Source: Anaerohalosphaeraceae bacterium
Lineage (GTDB): Bacteria > Planctomycetota > Phycisphaerae > Sedimentisphaerales > Anaerohalosphaeraceae
Direction: 5' to 3'
DNA length: 64,000 nt
NCBI GenBank assembly: GCA_963675525.2
Contig: CAXXSL010000020.1
Location: 135,974-199,973, forward strand
Shown: piece after piece, positions 58,405 to 64,000 of the stretch
Numbering within the stretch: the stretch's first letter is position 1
Layout: each line of letters opens with the position of its first letter
Notes under the pieces: generated by a model
What the model was told of the DNA's origin: nothing
Seen by the model: the letters and a program-made list of their open reading frames with translations, nothing else
The model's database searches: none
Position numbers and translations under genes: made by a program

Positions 58405-59370
58405 TTGTTGCTACGACTGTTTTCTGTTGCTAAAAATACGTTCACCGAAACGCTGCGTCAGCCGATTTTCGCGATAATTATCATCTTTTCGCTATTTTTA
58501 ATGCTGTTGGCGCCATCAATCAGCATGTACACAATGGACGAAGATATCAAGCTGCTTCGTGAGTTAGGGCTTTCTACGCTGTTCCTGGCCGGTTTGTTCA
58601 TTGCTGTTTTTTCATCAACCGGGGCGATCACCGAGGAAATCGAGACCGGTACCATCACCACGGTGCTCTCCAAGCCGATCAGCCGGCCGGTTTTTGTGTT
58701 GGGCAAGTTTTTCGGCATCGCCGCCGCGGTAACCATCGCCCACGCCCTCGTCACCATGGCTTTTTTGATGGTCACCCGCCACGGGGTGCTCGAAAGTGCC
58801 GGCGATGAGATGGATTGGACCGTGATCGCCGCCGCCGGCAGCGTGATCCTGCTCACAATGTTCCTAACCTTCTTTTTAAACTATGTTTACGAGTGGAATG
58901 CCCCGTCAACAGGCGTCATTTTAGGGACCGTTTTCTCCGGTTTTGCCATTCTTTTCCTGCTTTTTGTCAATAAAGAGTGGAAATTTAACCCGGCCGACAA
59001 CCATTTTGAGGCGTTTGATATCATCGCCTCGACCCTGCTGCTGTTTGCGGTGTATGTGCTGGTCGCTCTGGCGGTGCTGTTTTCCACCCGATTCAACGAG
59101 GTACTGACCCTGACGATCTGTATCGGGGTTTTCCTGCTGGGTCTGATCAGCGACTGGGTCTTCGGGCGGTTCGCCGATCAGCAAGTATGGGCCAAAATTG
59201 GTGCGATTCTAACCCCGAATCTCCAGATTTTCTGGGTCAGCGATGCTATTTACGAATCCGGCGTGATTCCCATTCGCTATTTATGGCTGGCCGGAAGCTA
59301 TACCCTGCTCTATACCGCGGGGATCCTCGCCTTAGCCATCGCCTCATTCCAGCGCCGTCAGGTCGGGTAA
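58405..59370 (+). CDS. ABC-2 type transporter permease (divergent from the SPFH operon)
   Basis: VAKNTF.E..RQP, EIETGTITTVLSKPISRPVFVLGKFFG. Confidence 0.85.
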   Translation: MLLRLFSVAKNTFTETLRQPIFAIIIIFSLFLMLLAPSISMYTMDEDIKLLRELGLSTLFLAGLFIAVFSSTGAITEEIETGTITTVLSKPISRPVFVLGKFFGIAAAVTIAHALVTMAFLMVTRHGVLESAGDEMDWTVIAAAGSVILLTMFLTFFLNYVYEWNAPSTGVILGTVFSGFAILFLLFVNKEWKFNPADNHFEAFDIIASTLLLFAVYVLVALAVLFSTRFNEVLTLTICIGVFLLGLISDWVFGRFADQQVWAKIGAILTPNLQIFWVSDAIYESGVIPIRYLWLAGSYTLLYTAGILALAIASFQRRQVG

Positions 59371-59488
59371 TGAAATATACTCGCCCTCTTGTCATTCCGA
59401 GCGCAGTCGAGGGATCTATTTAAAAGAGTATCCCGACGAAGTCGGGATTCCGCAATTTTGATCTTTAATCTTTGATATTTGATATGTC

Positions 59489-59941
59489 TTATAGGGTGCA
59501 TTCCAGCGCGATTTCGTCGCAGTGGTCCTGCTTGGGGCAGTTGGCACAATCGCTCCAGACCTTCATCGGCAGCGTTTCCGTATCGACCCGGACAAAACCG
59601 ATTTTCTCGAAAAACGCCGGCTCCATCGTCAGCGTAAATACCTTTTTCAACCCCAGTCCGCGGGCCTTATCCAGGCATCCGGCGACCAGCGACCGGCCGA
59701 TGCCCCTGCCGAAAGAGGCCTCATCGACCGCCAGCGACTTGACCTCGGCCAGGTTCTCCCACAGTACCTGCATCGCGCAGCAGCCCACGATCTGTCCATC
59801 GGCTTCGGCAACCAAGAAGGTTTGCAGCCGCTCGTAAATATCCGACAGCGAGGCGAACAGCATCTTATCGACCTCCGCATAGTGATTGATCAGCTCGTGG
59901 ATTCGCTTGGCATCCTTAATTGTCGCATACCGTATAATCAT
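59489..59941 (-). CDS. GNAT N-acetyltransferase, short ArgA-like (amino-acid N-acetyltransferase)
   Basis: IRYATIKD..IHELIN.YA, LAEVKSLAV, GRGIG, VFTLT..P.FF, LPMKVWSDC..CPK...CDE. Confidence 0.88.
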   Translation of the reverse strand: MIIRYATIKDAKRIHELINHYAEVDKMLFASLSDIYERLQTFLVAEADGQIVGCCAMQVLWENLAEVKSLAVDEASFGRGIGRSLVAGCLDKARGLGLKKVFTLTMEPAFFEKIGFVRVDTETLPMKVWSDCANCPKQDHCDEIALECTL

Positions 59942-60120
59942 ACCGCAAATTATACACCCCCCCAAAAAAAACGCAAACCCAAACTCTCCCCCTGCAAAGG
60001 GCCAGTACCCCAAAGGGGGGAGGGGGTCATGGGAACGCGGGCGTCCCGCCCGCAAAAAACAGAAAAATTTCATAACTGTTCACTGTAATGCTCATTCGTC
60101 CATCGTCCATTCAATTGTCC

Positions 60121-60335
60121 ACTAAGCCCATGCTCAGTCAGGACATTATAGACAGTGGTAGCCGAAACCCGATAACCCAGATATCGGAGGTATCCGGTAA
60201 TCCTTTGATACCCGAAAGTGGGGCATTTCCTGGCCATATCAAGCATAAGTTCCCGAAGCTCATCCGAAATCTGCGGCCTGCCCCCCTTATTGCTGTTAGA
60301 GACTCGGGTATATTTGATCGAAACCCTCTCCCAAA
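60121..60335 (-). mobile_element. Transposase fragment (HTH region of an integrase-core IS3/IS481-like element)
   Basis: Frame not in the ORF track: KGGRPQISDELRELMLDMARKCPTFGYQRITGYLRYLGYRVSATTVYNVLTEHGL; no DDE domain follows. Confidence 0.75.
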
Positions 60336-60572
60336 GCCCGCGCAGCGGGCGACATGTTGTAGCATCGCCCGTCAGGGCGTGGGTAAAAATAACAACCCCA
60401 AAACAACCCCCGACCCCAACGGGGTCGAATAAATATCAATCGTCATTCGACAATCCTCCACCCCATTATTCAATAATCAATAATAAATTAAAACGCTCCC
60501 GGGCTACTCACCACAGGCGATAAGACGTTCCTGCAAAGCTCATGCGGCAATCGAGTCGGCTAATCCCTTTTA

Positions 60573-61745
60573 TTATGATATTCCGCAAAAATAATATGAT
60601 AATTGATCAAGAATTAAAAAACCCAAAGTAGAACCCTTTAAATTAAAATTATCCTTTGTTGCGACACCATGGCCAACAGTATTTCTAGACAAATCGTTAT
60701 CCGTTCGAATGGGATCAAAATTAGCAAAATAGACCTCTTCCAAATACTGATTAAATCGCAAAGGCAATAAGGGGCTGTATTGATGATTCTTTGGATTTAC
60801 ACCAGAAGATAATACCGTACCCGCCAAATCTTTCTGTTTTGCCTTTTCAGGTTGTCCCTGAATACTCTGAAAATCTCGCAATATTCCTTCAATGCGTGGA
60901 AACAGTACCGAAATACAACTAATAAAATCGTCATTTTGATAATGCTCGACAGCTCTTGAGATAAATTCCATATGCGGCTCAAAGGATTTTATTTTTGCCC
61001 ACGACTCCAAACCATCAGGAAGTCTTCTTGTTACATCTGCCTGTATCTCGGGAAGCAAATCATCAATATTCCAACCTTCTCTATTATGACCCACAATTTT
61101 AGTAATTAAGTTATTGTTCAATGTAATAAATGGAAACCAACCATTACTAAGAAGTGATTCCCACTCAGAATCAGAAATTTTAAATCTCTCCTGAAACATA
61201 AGATAAGCATAAAAACCACCTAACAACTGGTCTAAGTCATAGTCTCTCTTTAATTTTTTTTTGGAAAGAGAAGCAATATCATAAAAGAGTCCCTTCCTCC
61301 ACCCTACCGAAAATAAAATCATAACACCTATTTCATCTGGGATTTCAATGTCATGAAATACCAACTTGCTGACGTCAGCAATATCATCACTAAAAACAAC
61401 CTGACCGGCATCAATAGATTTTTTCGACTGCATAAATGCACGCATGGGCGCATTTATGTATATAGTTGCTGTTTTGTCTGGCCTTAAAATAGCAAGCATA
61501 TTGTCAATAGAAGATTGAACTATGATGGCATTATGTGCCTGCGCTATTTTATTCAATAAAAGTGAGGGGAAACCTTCCAAGCGTCCAATGAATAAGTCGC
61601 CATCTTCTGAAGAAACAAATTCTTTTTGAACAATCCAGACATTTTCCCCAGGTTTGCATGACTCTGTAGTGTATCCTGCCAACAACTCATCAAGTTGAAT
61701 ATCAAATTTCAAAAGATTACTACTGGCTATTATCTTCATCTCCAT
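60573..61745 (-). CDS. AT-rich hypothetical protein with C-terminal HEPN-like domain
   Basis: Intact 390-aa ORF with GGAGG RBS; helical ISVLFPRIEGILR and Rx4H motif SRNTVGHG near the C-terminus. Confidence 0.72.
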   Translation of the reverse strand: MEMKIIASSNLLKFDIQLDELLAGYTTESCKPGENVWIVQKEFVSSEDGDLFIGRLEGFPSLLLNKIAQAHNAIIVQSSIDNMLAILRPDKTATIYINAPMRAFMQSKKSIDAGQVVFSDDIADVSKLVFHDIEIPDEIGVMILFSVGWRKGLFYDIASLSKKKLKRDYDLDQLLGGFYAYLMFQERFKISDSEWESLLSNGWFPFITLNNNLITKIVGHNREGWNIDDLLPEIQADVTRRLPDGLESWAKIKSFEPHMEFISRAVEHYQNDDFISCISVLFPRIEGILRDFQSIQGQPEKAKQKDLAGTVLSSGVNPKNHQYSPLLPLRFNQYLEEVYFANFDPIRTDNDLSRNTVGHGVATKDNFNLKGSTLGFLILDQLSYYFCGIS

Positions 61746-61752
61746 CTTCCTC

Positions 61753-61959
61753 CGAGAAAACTAAAGGGGTCGAGAAAACTAAAGGGGTCAGACCCCTTTT
61801 TCTTCCCTTTTTCTATTATCAAACCCAACACCCGCCAACATTGATAAACCTTTAATAATGATAGCCGCGGCAAAAGCCGCTTCCTCAATTCAAAACTCAA
61901 AATTAAGAATTCAAAATTCAGGTCCGTTGGACCTGCCCTCTACCCTGTTTCGCGTGAAA
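61753..61959 (+). repeat. Boundary palindrome with 18-bp tandem duplication plus conserved leader (locus B)
   Basis: CGAGAAAACTAAAGGGGT twice, AAAGGGGTCAGACCCCTTT, ATTATCAAACCCAA, then 35-nt and 24-nt blocks identical to locus A. Confidence 0.88.
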
Positions 61960-62209
61960 TTCAAAGTTGCAATCAAAAACCTCCGCCTCCGGCGGCTCCT
62001 TATTCTGTCTCCTGACTTCTCACTTCTATCTTCTTGAATGACAATTCTACCGACCAACAAGACCTCTAACAATACAATTCCCCCAAAAACTTGTCCTTTA
62101 TGATTAAACCCTCTTTTTCAGTGTCATTCCGCCCGCCGTGCCGCGCCCGTCGCGGCAGGTGTATTCAGTGGTTAAAACCAATAAAAATTCAAAATTATCA
62201 GTTATTTGT

Positions 62210-62237
62210 TTGACAAATATCTAACTTATGGTATAAT
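62210..62237 (+). promoter_or_regulatory. Sigma70 promoter with extended -10
   Basis: TTGACA-16 nt-TATAAT with TGn before the -10; spacer shares TAACTT.TG with 13011-13038. Confidence 0.72.
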
Positions 62238-62396
62238 ACGCCTTGCCGTGCCATAGCCTTGGCGGCGGCAGGAAAATTGAAGTGTTATTTGAAAATTGAC
62301 TGAAGAATCGAACAAAAGCGTGGAGCGGCAGCGACACGATAATCCCGCCCAAAGTGTCAATTCAAAGGGAAGTTAGCATTTTAAAACAATCCTTTT

Positions 62397-62893
62397 TTAC
62401 AAAACGAACCCAATTTCCTCCGCAGCAAAATGACTGTAAGTCATTATCTTATTCTGACTTCTATCTTCTATCTCCTGACTTCTGCCTGTAAATCGAACCC
62501 AATACAAACCCAATCATGTCATCCTGAGCGAAGTCGAAGGACCTGTTTTTTAGCCTCTTTTCACTTCAAAAACCACAATTCTGGTAAATCCTGTAATCCT
62601 GTCAAAAGAAAATCCTGTATATCACGTCAAAAATCCCAAACCCAATTTCGCCCCCAAGTACCCCCTACTCGCGCACCCCGTTTCCAGCCCAAAATCCACG
62701 ATTTTGCTTTGGAAAAATCTCAAAATCCCCCTTTTTAATATCGCAACCCCCAATAAAAACGAACCCAATTTAAGCCCCAAGTACCCCCTCGACAGGAATG
62801 CCCTATACCGCACTCAAACCCCCCAACGGACGCAACACCCCCATTTTTGATAGCGCCACGCGAACCCAACCAAACCCAATACAAACCCAATCA
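62397..62893 (+). repeat. A/C-rich AAACCCAAT/GAACCCAAT repeat array (locus B)
   Basis: Clusters at about 62400, 62492, 62637, 62756 and 62861; CCAATT..CCCCAAGTACCCCCT at 62642 and 62765; colinear with 13815-14186. Confidence 0.8.
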
Positions 62894-62981
62894 ACATAAT
62901 CCCGGCGGCATAAAACGTCCTGCGGGTGTTTGAGAACGCTGGAGTTTTTTTTTGAATTGCCGGCTGGAAGCCGGCGGTACA

Positions 62982-63639
62982 TTACGGATAGCGGAGGCAG
63001 ATCGGGGCGTTTTTGTTGGAGCCATTTGGGAGGTCTTTGCGAGTTGCGTTTTGCCAGAGCCGGTTTTTTGTTCGATGCCTGTTCCATGAGGGATTCGTAA
63101 AGCAGCGATTCACTGTGGGGGAAGCTTAGATAGGCATAGCCGTAGCCCTCCTTGATGAGTTCGGCGTTGAGGACGGTTCCGTCGGGTAAAATTACATAAG
63201 CAAGCAGTCGGCCGTAGCGGTCGCGGATATCGCCGACGGTGTCGAGTTTGAGCGTAACGGTTTGGCCGAGTGCTTTTCGGTGGCAAAGGCCGTCGCTTCC
63301 GGCCCGTAGTACATCAGACCGATGGTCGGGTGTTTGGTTTCGGCGTATCGACGCCCGAGCAGCCGCACGCGGGTATCGCCAAATTTGCCGTCAGGGATGT
63401 CCACGTCGAGCGTGTCACCGTCGATGACCTCATTGACAGTGAAGGTTTGGTTGTGGTATTTCTGCCGGTCGGAGTCGGTATAAGTGGCCCGCTGGATGGG
63501 CCGGCGGAGCACGACGCCGAACTGACGGTCCAGCACGATCAACGCGGGCTATGAGCACAAAAAAGACCGCCGCGATCAGGGCGTTGCGGGTTGTGCGGCG
63601 CATCGGCTGTCTGTGCTTCTTTTTGCGTTTTTTCTTCAT
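62982..63639 (-). pseudogene. Thermonuclease (SNase) family protein with several frameshifts (possibly sequencing errors)
   Basis: VIDGDT, VRLLG[VDTP]ET, YGPEA, RDRYGRLLAYV, LNAELIKEGYG, read across shifted frames. Confidence 0.8.
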
Positions 63640-63741
63640 CGTGGCAAATCGTGCGAATATGCGTCAGAGGCCCCTTCGGGGCTAATCGGGCGACTCACGT
63701 CGCCGCGCTTTTGTTTAAATTCGAAATACGATCAACCATCG

Positions 63742-63769
63742 CTGGATTCCCGCCTTCGCGGGAATGACA
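63742..63769. repeat. REP-like palindrome, identical to 22192-22219
   Basis: CTGGATTCCCGCCTTCGCGGGAATGACA. Confidence 0.8.
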
Positions 63770-63782
63770 TGATCCACCGGCG

Positions 63783-64000
63783 TTAGGACTGGGCGCGGGC
63801 TCCGGCGGGTTTGTCCAGTTCGAACACATCACAGACTGAAACGAGGGCTTTTTCGGCATCGGCCAGATCGACCAGACAACTGATGCGAATCTCGCTGGTG
63901 GTGATCGAATCAATGTTGACCTTCTCGGCGGCCAGCGCGCTGAACATTTTCTCAGCGACGCCGCAGTGCGATCGCATGCCGACACCGACAATGGAAACCT
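63783..64000 (-). CDS. lysC: Aspartate kinase, C-terminal ACT domain (partial; gene starts beyond the window)
   Basis: VSIVGVGMRSHCGVAEKMFSALA...NIDSITTSEIRISCLV. Confidence 0.88.
   Translation of the reverse strand, partial: VSIVGVGMRSHCGVAEKMFSALAAEKVNIDSITTSEIRISCLVDLADAEKALVSVCDVFELDKPAGARAQS

Noticed and set aside
59942..60073. N-terminal extension of the acetyltransferase ORF
   Set aside because: It runs through homopolymer and REP-like sequence; family similarity begins at the ATG at 59941.

Overview
Bacterial chromosomal segment whose gene content suggests a Planctomycetota (Phycisphaerae-like) anaerobe; the taxonomy is an inference. Most of the window is core genes: kdsC/kdsD, RNase E/G, a PTS(Ntr)-type ptsI-HPr-IIA-hpf cluster, hisI, pta, bfr, mltA, hom/apgM-like, smc, an M16 peptidase pair, pgl/ruvX/manC/pgi/pcrA, a lysC 3' end, tRNA-Arg(ACG) and tRNA-Leu(GAG). 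It also holds a HypD-family glycyl radical enzyme whose CxE motif reads CVT, and a three-SPFH / P1B-ATPase / ABC cluster. The most unusual signal is a pair of accessory loci about 49 kb apart (about 9.7-14.2 kb and 60.1-62.9 kb) built on the same mostly non-coding scaffold. In order, each has AT-rich nuclease-like cargo abutting a GGGGTCAGACCCC palindrome (duplicated or inverted around the cargo), a leader with 35-nt and 24-nt identical blocks, a homologous sigma70 promoter, an 'ANRxNAQKSTGPKT' gene (locus A only), and an A/C-rich AAACCCAAT repeat array. This looks like an undescribed gene-capture or mobile platform, but no recombinase is visible in the window. Several genes in these areas carry single-base indels that may be assembly errors.
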